Assembly (NCBI GenBank): GCA_951406725.2
Contig: OX597817.1
Span: 7,192,001-7,256,000 of the forward strand
Reading direction: 5' to 3'
Source: Octopus vulgaris
Taxonomy: Eukaryota
Length of the DNA stretch: 64,000 nt
The first letter of the stretch is position 1, and each line of letters begins with the position of its first letter. Made by a program: the position numbers and the translations under genes. Positions 27,796 through 43,290 of the stretch are shown here, piece by piece. A model generated the notes under the pieces. That model searched no databases, was not told the DNA's origin, and saw only the letters and a list, made by a program, of their open reading frames with translations.

Positions 27796-28309
27796 ATGAC
27801 CCAGCAACATTACAGGCGAACAAGGGAATGGTGCAGAACGGTGGAATAAATGTTAATTTGATAATGAAAACAACGGTTATATGTCTAAACAGAATCAACC
27901 TTTGTAAATGCAGTGTGCTTCTTTTGAGATCGATGATTTATGGGTTCATGGATTCGGCATCTGTTGATTGGTCTACTGGGTTAAGCGAGGTAAAAACAAA
28001 AAATGTAGGAGATAAAAGGGCGAAGAAGTAATTGTTAGGGAGAGGAAGGTGCAAAGAGGAGGTAAGTTGATGATGATGATGATGATGATAATAGAAGATT
28101 ATAGAGACGCTGAAAGCGAAGGGGAACCTGATATTGGAGGTTGATATACATACAGACAAGCATATATATCGATACATATATGCATTCATATATGTGAATG
28201 TATATGTATATGTGTGCGTATGTATATATATATATATATATGTATATACGTAAGCACATATCTATGCATATAAGTACATATATATATATTTTAAACATAC
28301 ATAGATAGA

Positions 28310-28341
<32 letters not shown>

Positions 28342-28344
28342 TAA

Positions 28345-28427
<83 letters not shown>

Positions 28428-28616
28428 TATAATATATGAGCATATATCAGTCTGGGGATACCCACACAGGCACAGACACACACAGACACACACATACAAA
28501 TATATATATATACACACACAAATAGTTACGTATGTATATACGTAAGCACATATCTATGCATATAAGTACATATATATATATATATTTTAAACATACATAT
28601 ATATATATACATATAC

Positions 28617-28690
<74 letters not shown>

Positions 28691-29277
28691 TTATATATAC
28701 ATATACATATACATATATATACACATATATATACACATGCCTACGCGTTGATTTTGTACAGCGATTGATACAAGAGCGAAAAAAAAAAACGGTGTATGCA
28801 ATTCTCTGTTCGTTGTAATACACAGACTTTGATGAGACGTGGACAACTAGAAATTAATGACCCAGCAAAATTACAGGCGAACAAGGGAATGGTGCAGAAC
28901 GGTGGAATAAATGTTAATTTGATAATGAAAACAACGGTTATATGTCTAAACAGAATCAGCCTTTGTAAATGCAGTGTGCTTCTTTTGAGATCGATGATTT
29001 ATGGGTTCATGGATTCGGCATCTGTTGATTGGTCTACTGGGTTAAGCGAGGTAAAAACAAAAAATGTAGGAGATAAAAGGGCGAAGAAGTAATTGTTAGG
29101 GAGAGGAAGGTGCAAAGAGGAGGTAAGTTGATGATGATGATGATGATGATAATAGAAGATTATAGAGACGCTGAAAGCGAAGGGGAACCTGATATTGGAG
29201 GTTGATATACATACAGACAAGCATATATATCGATACATACATGCATTCATATATCTGAATGTATATGTATATGTGTG

Positions 29278-29367
<90 letters not shown>

Positions 29368-29400
29368 TATAGATAGATATGAGCATATATCAGTCTGGGG

Positions 29401-29410
<10 letters not shown>
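27796..29410 (+). repeat. Local direct duplication (~27796-28470 and ~28857-29410, offset 1061 bp)
   Basis: Unique sequence from ATGACCCAGCAA to GAGCATATATCAGTCTGGGGATA is repeated almost identically, and the ORF track shows duplicated peptides. Confidence 0.95.
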
Positions 29411-29489
<79 letters not shown>

Positions 29490-30254
29490 GATACGCACAC
29501 ACGTATATAATGCGCGCTTGCACAATATGAGAAGAAACTGGAAAGATTGATAGAATCATAGAAATAGTGGTTAAAGGAGATGGAAAATAATCTAGTATAG
29601 AAGAAAGCGCGTGGATACGAGTAAAATAGAGATTGAGGGGGGGAGACAGAGAGAGAGAGAGAAAAAAAGAGAGAGAGAGAATATAATAAGCGAAGTAAGT
29701 AGAACAGAAATAGAGAGTATGAAATCAAAGAGACTGCCATACAGGCTGATAGCTAGAGAAAATAAGAAAGTAGGTTTGTAATCTGTTAAAACAAGGGGGA
29801 GAGAGAGAGAGAGAGAGAGTTGGGGGATAGAGACGTAGTGACATATGAAACAGATCATGAGAGAAAGGATTAAATAGGCGGGGTGGAAGGCGATAGAAAA
29901 TCAACAAGAGAACCTGTGATTGAATGGATGAATGAACCTCCATACCAAATTAACAAACATACACGCGCACACACATACAGATACACACAAACACATACAC
30001 ATAGGACACATGATTCTAGCTTCTATCTTTTACGGGTTCCAGTCATTGAAATGCATCCATGCTGGCATAGTTTTAAAGGATTTTCGTCATTTGAATAGAC
30101 CACAGTACTTTTTAAAACCTGGTTCTTATTCTATTGCCCCCCCCCCCCTACTAAACTGCTAGTTAAAGTGCACGTGAAAAAAACACCATTAGTCAAGCTG
30201 CAGTTAAGAGACAAACACAACTACACGCGAATAGATATAGAAACACACACTAAC

Positions 30255-30328
<74 letters not shown>

Positions 30329-30337
30329 ATGACGTTC

Positions 30338-30407
<70 letters not shown>

Positions 30408-30556
30408 ATGACGTTCAGCTTCATCTTTACAAAGAATATACTCGACTCGCAGTATACAGTAACTTCATCAGTAACGGTTCCATTCGTAGTAATTATTTTG
30501 AAAAATATTTTGAAACTTTTGTATTCTCCTGAAACACACTCCTTCACACACACACA

Positions 30557-30625
<69 letters not shown>

Positions 30626-33379
30626 TTTACTTGTTTCAGTGATTAGAGGTTAATAACGCAGGCGATATAGCTCTTCAAATTTTTGCAGGTAGAATTCCGT
30701 TACGGACATATACTTAACTGCATATAATACATTACTGCTCTATGCTTCAGGGTGTGCTTCTTTTTGGGATATATGATACACTGACTAACGGTATATATAA
30801 TGTGTGTGTGTGTCTGTGTGTGTTTTGATATCCTTTAACAGATGTAAAGGTATTTAAGCGACTCTTGGTACTTGAGATAGGTACATTCAAGACCAATAAA
30901 TCTCAAATATATTTTGGCTTTAGAGTCGAATTCTTTTTCTTTAGTTAAAATACAATAAAACAATAGATTTCTCAAATAGATTTCCGAGTTAGGCTGAAGG
31001 AAACAAATAAATCTCACGATTCAGTAAATCTGCAAACGTCGAAGCTTGAGCTAAGGCTTTTGCATCGTCGAGCAGATGAGAAACAATAGACTTCTTCGAC
31101 AGAACCATTCTTTATTTGAAGTATTTATACAACACATTTCTACTTATTCAACTTATTCCTTATTCTTTACAACAATGTAAACTTGGAGAACGTACATTGT
31201 TTTATACAGAAATAGCCCAAATACTTGCAGATGGTATGACCTCATGGCTTATGAGATGCACCTCCATTATTTATACCCCCTTTATATCTGGTTTTTTTTA
31301 TACAAGTGCATATTCAACAGTGAAATGCGATTTTTTCTTTGTTTTGTACTGTTTTTTTTTCTTTTGGTGTTCATGAATGACGATGTAAGGGAAGTGAGAT
31401 TATAGTAACTACGGCTACAACAAATTGTTTCCCAATGAATTAATGAGATTCTACACAAAATTCTTGGAACCATTACCTGTATATGAGTGTTTCTTGCTTT
31501 ATGAACCTCGATAGAATAAAATGCAAAACCGGCGCGCCGAAGAGACGGGAACTTCGAAAACTAAAGCATTTTTTTAGCCAGGAGTTCATCCTTAATGTTC
31601 AGTCAATAACGTTTATTGTTTCGCGCTAAAATAATAAAATCTGACTTTTATGATGTTCTACAGGGTATGTACGTTGTAATGAAGTAAGATTTCTACAGTG
31701 AGGATCAAAATCATAGGATGGGTTACGTTTACATTGTAGCTCTTGCTACAATGAAATGGTATATTCATGAATAATCTATAGGATACGTGTATTAGTAGCT
31801 GATTGTTTTTGTTAGCAGAAATTATGGTTTAATTCTGCTTTTGATATGTGATATTTCTACTGATGTCTTTTTACCCAGGGAAATGTTAGAAATGATAAAG
31901 GGAAAATTAATAGAAGAAAATATACTACCGTTCTTTGCTGCATTATAGTTTTCTGGATTGCAACTCAAACCCAAGAAACAATATAAACTCTGATCAAAAT
32001 GTCAATTAATTAATACAACTCATTTAATCAAGCGTTTTTTTTTTTTGTAATCAATTAACCTTAAAAGCATTTATGATACCAGACAACAAAGGAGCCTCTA
32101 AGTAAGTGATAATACTCACTAGAACTAGCTGTTAAATCCCCCTCAAATTACATACATTTGTCTTCATCCCGAAGTGTACATTGTATCCTGTAGTCTTAAA
32201 TACAGAGAAAGATGAGACGGAATGCATTTGATCGAAGGTTTGCTGACCTAGCCGTAAGCAATAACAACGAATAAATATTTCAACAACGAGCAGCAGTTAC
32301 GTAAACGGTTGTTTGATCGAACAGATATTACTGTCTTTAATCGTATTCTCCTACCTTATGAAAAGCAAAGACATGTTTGATAATATAGTAAGTGGAAAAA
32401 ACAAAAACGTCAATGGTGTCCGTAAATTGAGGGCCCAAAAACAACAACAATAATGACAAGCTTATTAAAAGACCAAGTATTCAAAACACAGCAGCAACGT
32501 TGTTATCTCCCGTGATCTTCGTGACACAAAACGATGTGTAAGTATTTAAGACTGTGAAAGGATGGCCCAAAGCGGGAGACTCTTCGAATTCAGTCAACTT
32601 GCAGGATATAACATATAAATTTCAGTTAAAACTTATAATGCCTTACATATAGAACGACATATTCGATATTGTAGTCCTAAATACGTTACGTCTAAAGATT
32701 AGTATGGAGTTTTATGGCTGAGGCGTCTTGGAGCATAGATGCTTCATTATGGTTGACTGGAAGGAAACAAGAGAAATGACGACCACTAAGGGGACCTAAA
32801 GGAAACGCATTCAGTGAAATATTAACTTTCGTTGCCTAGTTGTTACAACGATAGAAGAAACAAAGTAACAACTGCTATACGGGAAAACTCATATTTTAGA
32901 TAATTACGCCAAGAAAATGCAGCAGGACATGCGTTAATTACAATGGCACACGAACTCTATTAGATAACAACACATTGCGAATTCCAGCAGTCGAGTTGAA
33001 AAATACGAATAGCGCCTCTGCAAGAAATAACAGCCAAATTTATGATATCACACCCTATTTTCTTAAAGAAAAATGAAGGCCACATCGGGGAATTCACACA
33101 GGTTAAGATTGAATGAGAAACATTGTATGTTCCGCATTGGAGCATCTTTTGATTGTATTTCTTAAATTAGGATGACCTTGGGGTACTCGGCGACAGCAGA
33201 AACAATACCAACAATAATACAGACATAATAAAGGATACGTAATAACATCAACCCCATCAACTGTCCTACCACACCACAAATCTTAAGTGCAACTGTTTAT
33301 CTTGTCACTGGAAGAATTTTCAGCAAGAACAAATGACATGTACACAGGTAATACAAATAACAGAGCAGGTAATATAATC

Positions 33380-33810
33380 CTTATTACTATAGGCACAGGG
33401 CCTGCATTTTTCGCAGTAGAAGGAACTAGTCGATTACATCGACTCCAGTGCTCAACTGGTATGCATTTTATCAACTCTGAGCGGATGCAAGGCTCAGTCG
33501 ACCTCACCGAAATTGGAACTCAGAAGGTAAAGACGGACGAAACGCTGATAAAGAATTTTGTCCGACGCACTGATGATTCTGCCAACTCACCGCGTTAATA
33601 TCATGTAACGTAATCCTTTCTGTTATAGACACAAGGCCTGAAATTATAGGGTATGGTATTAGTCGATCACATTGACTCCAGTGCCCAACTGGTGTTTCTT
33701 TTATCGATCAGGAAAGGATGAAAGCGAGTCTCGACGGAATTTGAACTCAGAACTTAAAACGGACGAAACGACGCTTAGCATTTTGTCTGATGCCAATGAT
33801 TCTGTCCTTT
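33380..33810 (-). mobile_element. Two tandem diverged SINE family B copies
   Basis: Two units of CACA(A/G)GGCCTG...AGTCGAT..CAT.GACTCCAGTG...GAACTCAGAA. Confidence 0.8.
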
Positions 33811-34991
33811 AATATAATACCAGCATAAATGGGTCTCTCTGGTTATCTTTATAATGTAGTAACATTTGGATTAAAAACTTTCTATATCATAAACAACCCA
33901 CACCAAACCACTTTAACATCAAACCAAGCAAACAAGAACGGGCTCAAGCTAGTTATGCCACTCATTTCAAAAGACTTAGGAGCCACAATCACATGATAAA
34001 CAAGCATTTAATTCTATCTCGACCACCAGTCAATGTACTGTCACATAGCAATGAACAAAGCAACTCATCACAGAACAAAACATCATAAACAACAAAACAA
34101 CATCCACACAGCGAAGCAAATCAATTTCACAGTTTTTACAGATCCTTGTTGACCAACCTCCATTAGAAGGCAGAATTACAGTTCATAGACCGCTATAGCG
34201 TAGCATTTGCCAAACAGCGTCCCTATTTCAGCTCTTACATGGAGAAAAACAGCATCGGTCTTACCCTCGTCTCAGGCGCACGAAGGAGACACTAAGCAAC
34301 CAAGTGGTCTGATAAAAATAACAGCAGAATTCGTTTCAAATCACATCCCACTATCTAAGACATATTTGGATACATTATATGAATGTCACATTCGGACGAT
34401 CATACGTAGACCTGAGATATAAGGATTGACTTACTTGCTAAACAACAACAGCAGTTTATCTACACAGGAACCGTGAGAAATACTACACAACTGAAATAAC
34501 TGAATTAAAAAAAAAAAAAACAGCAGTGTAAGAATAATTTAACCATTATTTCCCAATATCTGATTTGTTAGTATATCGCAAGAGAATATAGGAGATTATA
34601 GCAATGCGTATCCTGTCGCTAGAATTATGATGTATCAGTGGCCAAGACCGCTAGCTACCAAGTAGTTAAGTACTGCACGGTTGGAACAACTCTCCGAAAG
34701 AAACAGTTGTAATTTTGCCAACTCACCGCCTTAATCACATATAACGTAATCCTTTCTATTATAGGCACAAGGCCTGAAATTATGAGGGGGAGTATTATGC
34801 GATCCATTTCAATGAAACAGATTGTCTACAGCTTCAATGAAACGATTTTACCCTCTGCTCACAGCTTTGAAAAGTATTAATACAGCCAAGCCGGTTGATA
34901 TTGAAACTATGTATGAAGTCACAGCTACTGTACTATTGAGAGCTCAACCATCTTTTAATCAGGAGGAAGATTGAATGGTGTTTGAAGCTGG

Positions 34992-35076
<85 letters not shown>

Positions 35077-35079
<3 letters not shown>

Positions 35080-35216
35080 TTCAGTAAACATTTAGATTCA
35101 GTTGAATATGGTACTTAAGTTAAAGGCACCAGAATTTGGTATGGTATTATCCATATAAATCAAATGGGGTGATTATAATCAAATAATAGGCTATATCCTT
35201 GTTGCTTATTTGATTA

Positions 35217-35218
<2 letters not shown>
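35077..35218 (-). mobile_element. PLE pLTR end fragment with a terminal micro-inversion, in (TA)n
   Basis: Matches 21955-22060. Segment 35193-35218 is the reverse complement of the continuation seen at 22052-22078. Confidence 0.65.
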
Positions 35219-35273
<55 letters not shown>

Positions 35274-36114
35274 GTAACGGTTGGGATTCTTTAGTTGAAG
35301 GTAACGACATGACACGGTATTATTCGCACCACAAATTAAAGTATGAGAGGAAATATACAGAATTCAGTGCAAAGAGTAAATTAAATATATACTAATGGAA
35401 TATTAGTTGAAGTAGAGTACTGCTGTGACACATAACGCGAGAGAAATGAAAAAAAATCCGAACAAATTATAGATATTACGGATCAAAGGACCGAGGTAAA
35501 GTGTGTGTAGGGTATTAATAATGAAGAGAATTTGACTGGTTGATGTATTGGGTTATATATGTACACAATTAGGATAAGTTGTCAGTATTGTATACTCACG
35601 TATAAGCAAGCACAGAGATTGGATAAATAAAATGTGATTGACAAATGACAAGACTAAACAACTAGTAGAATTGGACGGCCTCTACTAGCACAGAGAGACA
35701 GACAGAAGACAAAGAGAGAGAAGAGAGAGAGAGAGAGAAAGAGAGAGAGTGAGAGAGAGATGAAACATTCAAACTTGCGAATAGGGCAAACATACTTATA
35801 CACACATGAATATGTTTATGTGAGAATATAAGTGTGTAAATGTGTGTGGTTGCTTATTGAATACTACGAATACAACAAAATAGATTGAGTGCAACACTTC
35901 GTTCCTGCATCTATGCGAATATAGTTTGAGATATATACATATGGTACTATAGCAGATGTATTAAATTAGTATTTCACGAAACTAAAGAACAGAGTGTTAA
36001 GTAGAACTAATAAACAACTCAAACACTATATATGTGTGTGCATATGTATGTATGTGTGTATGTGTGCGTGTGTAAGTCTGTGTTTGCGTTTGTGTGCACA
36101 TATATATCCACACA

Positions 36115-36155
<41 letters not shown>

Positions 36156-36214
36156 TAATATATATATAATATATATAATATATATATATATATATATGAC
36201 TGATCTACATGATT

Positions 36215-36252
<38 letters not shown>

Positions 36253-36360
36253 TGTATGTGTGTGTTTGTATACATACATAATTATATATACATATATAAT
36301 TATACATATATATATACAATTATATATACATATACATATACATATATATATATATATATA

Positions 36361-36892
<532 letters not shown>

Positions 36893-37421
36893 GCATACAT
36901 ACCAACGCCCACAGCTTCACACTCACACACATATATAGTGTATACACACATATCCATCTTTCGGGGAGGAGTTTCATTGTCTGTGTAGGTAAGTTGATAA
37001 CGTGAACAGCTAATCACAATGACGGTCGTGGCCATAGTAGTGACGTAGACATTGATTATAATGCCAGTAATTAATAGTAACGCTCTTTGTTGAGAGTTGT
37101 GATGATTGGGCAATCTTTTCTCTAATATAGCTTCCTGAACTTTGTACACTTAGTATAAATATCATACGTCTCTTATTTTGGATGTCATATATCTCAGCAA
37201 CTAAAACTCTACATTTGATCTATCCAATCAATGCAAACTGTATTATATTACATACGTAGACACTTGCATACACACACACACTCACACATAAACACACACA
37301 TAAACACATATATGTGTGCGTGTGTCTGTGCGTGCGTGTGCGTTTCTGTGTATATCTATTTAAGTATTTATGTATACAAGCACTTAAATATGAACTGTGT
37401 ATGAATGAATATACGTATATA

Positions 37422-37885
37422 CAGGGTGCGATGCGTAAATTGTCGCCATTTTATATATTAATTTAGCAAATGCGCATTGTTTCCCTTTTATTTAGTCGAC
37501 CCCACAGCATTTTAGAGTCAGTTGGACACCGTCTGTTAGAAAACTAGCACCATGACGCAATTCCCTCCTCCGGAAATTTGTAAACTACGTGCTCCTGAAG
37601 CTCCGATACGAAGAGATGGTGAACACATAGAGCAACCGTTGGCTTGCCGTGTCCCCAAAACATGTAGCGAGAGCAATGAAATTCAAACATCCATTTAACA
37701 TCATATTGTTTGGAGTGATCATTACTGATCGCGACGTTAGGCCTCCATTTATCTTGTCACACGGCCGTAAACTCAATACGGAGACCTACAACTAGTACCT
37801 GGATGGGGTTGTGGTGCCCTGGGTCGAAAGTGTGGGTACTGATAGACCCTATATCAGGCAACGGGACTCTGCACCATGTCACACA
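37422..37885 (+). mobile_element. Tc1/mariner (maT/DD37D-like) transposon remnant, internally deleted
   Basis: TA|CAGGGTG left end. 37617-37885 translates NT*SNRWLAVSPKHV..MKFKHP..LFGVI..DVRPPFI..GRKLNTETY..VVVPWV..DRPYIRQRDSAPCH (QQDSAPCH-type motif). Confidence 0.8.
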
Positions 37886-37887
37886 CT

Positions 37888-38255
37888 TATTCTCCTCTGC
37901 ATTTAACAGGTGGAAGAAGGCTCTCTGAGTCAAATGCTTCTTTTGGCTGTCTCCACATGTATACTTCGCCGGTGGTCAGAAATATGGTAAAGTATGACTC
38001 GTTCGAGAAAATATAATTCTTCCACTGCTCTAGAGACCAATTCTGTAGGTCTTTACTCCACTCTAAACGCTTTGCAACCTTTGTTTTGAGAGTAGTGGTT
38101 TTCTAATTGCAGCATTCCCGTGAAATCCGGCTTTGTGCATCTCTCGGTGAACGATTTTGGTCGGATCTGTGTTCTTGAGGTGGTCATGAAGCTCTGCAGT
38201 AATTTTGAGAGCCGTACTTTTGTGATCCTTTCTAACAATTGTACTAATCCAAGAA
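37888..38255 (-). mobile_element. Tc1 (DD34E-type) transposase fragment
   Basis: With one frameshift, the minus strand reads KITAELHDHL..IVHREMHKAGFHGNAAIRKPLLSK..KRLEWSKDLQNWSLEQWKNYIFSNESYF..VYMWRQPKEAFDSESLLPPVKCRG. Confidence 0.85.
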
Positions 38256-41200
38256 TAATAAAGTTGAAGTGGAGAAGAAATATATGTTTCATGTGTATAT
38301 TTGGCAAAAAAAAAATGACCGTCCCGAAATATAACAATGTAAAAATCTGAAGTGAAAAACGAATATATACTGCGTATGTTTATTTGGCAACAACAAAAAG
38401 AAAATTACCATCCTTAAATATAACAATTACTCTTTCAGCACACAATTTTACTTCAGGAACCTTGAGAAACAAAGACAAAAGCGTAATATATTTATACATA
38501 TTCTTAAATAATTTAGCCCCCGTTCTCTTTGACAGGAGAACTTTTCACAAAAAAGAAAGTTTGTAGACAATTTACGTGAAAATAGTTTTGGATTTATATT
38601 TGTGTAAATAAGAGAATTAATGTATAAATTGAATAAACAACCTCATACTACAATTGACTTGGAACAAGAAGGATAATTAAGAATCTAAATGTTTAACCTG
38701 AAGCGGTTTCCTTTTGTGTTTTGATGAAGAGCGGGTTTTTCTGAATTGTCTTGCCTTTCAGGGAAATTAATAAAAATATCTCCTTTGTTGTTATTTTGTA
38801 GTTATTGGAAAGGAGTTTGGGTGAAGTGAAGTTTGACTGTTGGATTACATTTTTTGTGAGAAAAGTAATATATTGTAGATAGAAAATAATTGTCTTATGT
38901 TTGGGGGAAAACAAATAGAAAGAAATTCATGAATTATTTAGTTTAAAATAACAGAAAGAAAAATGATGAATAAAAATGAGAAAGCGTTAGGAAATATGGG
39001 TGAGAAAAAAGGAAGTTATGAATGTATATACATATACATGCCTTCATGTGCAAACGCTCAATTTCCAAAACACTCATATATGTGAATATATACTTAGTTA
39101 TACACATGATGTCATTTAATAGAACTAAACTCAGGGACATGTGATTGCGACAGAATTTCTTATATATTCAAACATGCGCACACTCAGATAAACACACATA
39201 TGTATGTGAATGTATGTATATATGTATGTATGTGTGCATGTATGTATGCATGTATGTACGGTACAGGCTACACACATAGTAATAGACAGACCAATCCTCA
39301 ACAGAAAGCACGAATGGTACAATAAGACCGCCAACACCACACCACGAAACACGATGACTAAAGCTAGAAGGAAAGAAACAGATACAGACAGTGTAATACA
39401 CGCACAAACGACAAACATGTACATACTCATGATGAAATATAAGAAATAAAGATAAATAAATAAACAGCAAAAACAATAAAACACTATAATAAGGAGAGGG
39501 CACAGAAACTAGCAATATAGTAAGCAAACCCATATATACACACAAAGACACACATCCAGTAACTTCACAAACGGCCCCAACAAAGACATCACGAGCAACA
39601 ACAACAATATGAACGAACACACAAACACCGAAAGATGCAGGAATAATATGAAAATAAGGATCAAGAACAGCACTAGAAGCAATAGATGTGAAAGGAATGT
39701 CAACATACCATGTATTGGTACCATTAAGAACAATGACAATATATATGTGCGTGTGTGTTTGTGTGTGTGAATGTGTGCGTGTGTGTATGTGTCTGTATGT
39801 GTGTGTGTTTGCATATGTGTGTGTATGCATGTGTATTTGTGTGGTTATCTATTTACCTATATGAATATATATATATATGTGTGTTAAAGTGTTTTGCATA
39901 ACACTGAGGCTAGAAATCCACCTACGTTGTATCATAACGGTAACTTAGCCGCTCAGCAAAATATGGAGCGAAAAAGCAAATGCCAAGGTATAAAATGATC
40001 GACTGTAAGATACTTGAAGGTCGTGCAACCGCCTGGCCGCAGTCTATTCGCTGAAACGCGAAAAAGAACCAGAGAATAAAAGAATACGTGTGCGCCTTGT
40101 CTTTGTTTGTATGCGTGTTTGTATAACAGAACGAATTGCGTATAACCTAATCTTCATATGTCTATAAGCCCTATAATTAATTTCTTTTTCTTTGTGTATA
40201 ATTTCCTAATAAATTTCCTTTGTTTACTTTCAAACTATTTTTCCTCTCACTGTTGGCCTCCTATATTGAACTATATGCGTTTCCATCTTTAAATTATTTC
40301 AGCAAATGGTTTCCGGTTTCATTGCCTAATGCAAACATTTTCTTTCATTTCCTGTTAATTAACACCATGATTTTTTTCCTCTCTCTCGTGTAACATCTCT
40401 CTTTCACCAAGCGCAGTTCTACATTTCTTTTCTACTATTTTCCAGAAATAATGATTTGTCACATTAAATACTGAGCAGTACTGCAGTGACTAAAAACATT
40501 GCCGTAATAAATTGATATTGTTTTTCTTTTCTCGCATTGTTAAACAGTCACAAATTTGATGAGTGTAAGGTTTTGTTGATAGAGCCGACACCAATAGTTG
40601 ACAGGTATTTAATACTGTTTGCTTCTACAATTAGTAGACTGATAGAATCAAGAGAGCATAAGAGAAAATGCATTAATATATTTTACCCAATTTTTTGCCG
40701 TTTCCAGTATTTCAGTGCTTTAACTATATCTACTATTTTGTTCTAACATAATAATGACAGACCATTTGTTTCCTTTATAGTAGTTATAATCCTACTACGG
40801 TTTTCTCTACTATTGTATTGATAATGCCAATTTTAGTATGTTTAATGAGATTACTTGTGGTATTTTGTATGTATTGTATATGTATAGCTCTTGAGATTTT
40901 AGGTATGTATTTATCTACATCTTTAATTCATAACGAGGTATCTATTATTATAGGTTTCATTCTGTTTACAACCTACACATTCTCGTTATCACTTTTACGA
41001 GATCTTCATATTTCGATTATTTCTCCATATCTTTTAGAGATTCGTTATCCTCTGCCGGTAGTAATATTTTGCTCGGTAGATACTATCAATCTTAGTGGTC
41101 ATTTACAGTAATATCCATTCGATAAGTATTGTTATTATTTCTGTTATCTTTTGTACTAATACGAAGATCTACCTGTCTTTGTTAGAATGTTAATGTGAAA

Positions 41201-41519
41201 ATAATATGGAGTAGAATTTTAGTATTGGAACAGTCCAGCAGATAGAACATACTAATTCTAACATAATAGCGTACGAATTGTCTACTTAACAATACCAAAG
41301 TATTATGATGTTGTGCAGAAACGAGTGTAAAAGCTGAGGATCAAGAAATAGAATTAAAATCTTCACGGGAGTTAAAGAATGATTCTGTCATCACTTTTGA
41401 AAGTGGAACCCCAATGATGACACATAGCCGCATCTTGAATAAACCGTTCTAGAAAGTTGCAACACTGAAAAATGAAAAAAAATTGTCAAGAAAATAGCAA
41501 TAGTAAGAACTCTAAAATG

Positions 41520-41670
41520 CGCTCACAGAACTGGCTGAATCGTTTGCCAGCAGGGGAAAGTGCTAAGCGACATTTCGCCTGTCTTTATGTTCTGAGCTAA
41601 AATGCCACCGAGGTCGCCTTTGCCTTTCATTCTAGCAGAGTCGATAAAATGAGTGCCAGTTGAACACTGA
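41520..41670 (+). mobile_element. SINE family B, diverged
   Basis: CCGAGGTCGCCTTTGCCTTTCATTC...GTCGATAAAATGAGTGCCAG. Confidence 0.75.
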
Positions 41671-41729
41671 GATTTATGATGATGATGATGATGATGATGA
41701 TGACATTACAAAGAAGAAAAAACAAGAGT

Positions 41730-41784
<55 letters not shown>

Positions 41785-41785
41785 T

Positions 41786-41837
<52 letters not shown>

Positions 41838-43159
41838 GAGGAGGAGGAGGGGAGGTGGTAGTTGGTATTCTTGACGAAAAACATTTCCATTCGGCCACGG
41901 GTTTGTTGAGACCAGTTTGATAAAAGCGGATAAAACTTCTCTCAACGCAGTTTACCTTTGCCACAATAGAAAGTTGTTCAACATCCACTTACATATTTTC
42001 TTAACCAACTCGTTAACTTAATTAAGTTCGATGTGTCTAGTTCAATCACAGTTTAAGCAACCAATCAGATGCCACAGTCATACACTTATAACGTCTCCAT
42101 TTTCTCGCGTTCCAAAGGTTTCGTTGTTCTAACGTTCTCCAAACATGAAAAGGCGATTTCCTTAGTATTTGTCACACACGTCATCAAGCTTGTACAAGTG
42201 TTCTTCATATGATTCTAATTAGAGGCTTACAGTGATTTGAATGGCTTCGTAACACAAAAAGATAACCTGTATTAACTCTCGGAAACAGTCGCTCATTTAC
42301 ATGGTTAAAGGTTACTGAATGGATATAATTCTGCGAGAAATATTCATTGGGCTTTGCTTGAAAATGATTGCTTTATCAGAAAATCTGTTGGGGATGGGAA
42401 CTGGATGGATACCTCTTTATATTTCAATAAACACTTTTATAGATTTTTTTTTATCTAGCATTATCATGGAAAATCTCTGATGATGTTTCATACTTTACAA
42501 ATATAAAAGGGAGCTAAGTATATAATTAAGTGAATGTCTGTTATTCTGCGCATCACAATTTCTTCTACTGTACGTTAGCATTTCCATATATTATTATTAT
42601 CAAATTCAATAATTTTTCCATTAAGTTTTGCAAGAGATCTTCCGTTAGAGGAAATAATTTGAACTTAAGTGTGAAGAGAAGTATGTTAAACGTTGTATAA
42701 ATATAAGTGCTTTAGAAAAATATATGGTTTTTCAATGAATATCTGTGAATCATTATACTTCATCCTTACCTAACAAGTTATTCCTGTTTAAATAGCTCCT
42801 ATTTTCTTTATTTTCAAGCAGCTTCTCATGATGAGAATCTCTAAGAATTTTACATCTAATATGTACGATTTACTTCTGAAAGAGTCCATCTGGGAATTCT
42901 GCTTTGAAAGCTAAAATCAGAAGCCTCGTTTTAATTGCAGTAGATGTCATTCTATATGCCCATAAAGCATAGCATTGCGTTTTGTTGGTTTTACAACTGT
43001 GATTATATACTACACTACTTTTGCTTAGTTTTGCGGTTTACTGTCTTTTTGTTGGATTATTTTAGTGTTTCGTCTATTTAGCATATTTAGCAGAATTTAT
43101 GCAATGTGAGTTTTATTGATTCATAGGATTCTGTATATAACTCGACGTGCTGTGTGACC

Positions 43160-43290
43160 GAAGTTGTGTAGTTCGTGTGTTGTATAGGTAGTATTATATA
43201 AATGAGATTGTGTAGTTCTTGCCTTGTGTGGATTGTATTATGTTAATGGGGTTGTGTAGTTCATGTGTTGTATAGTTTGTTGTATATTAA
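43160..43290. repeat. Degenerate 44-bp minisatellite, about 3 units
   Basis: TTGTGTAGTTC at 43164, 43208 and 43252. Confidence 0.6.

Noticed and set aside
27828-29092. Duplicated 67-aa and 98-aa ORFs
   Set aside because: Their similarity comes from the DNA duplication, and there is no recognisable domain.
35273-35880. Possible solo LTR starting TGTAAC after (TA)n
   Set aside because: No matching terminal CA with a TSD, PBS or PPT could be placed.
37910-37986. Apparent 77-nt plus-strand exon with AG/GT boundaries
   Set aside because: It is better explained as the antisense strand of the Tc1 transposase fragment.
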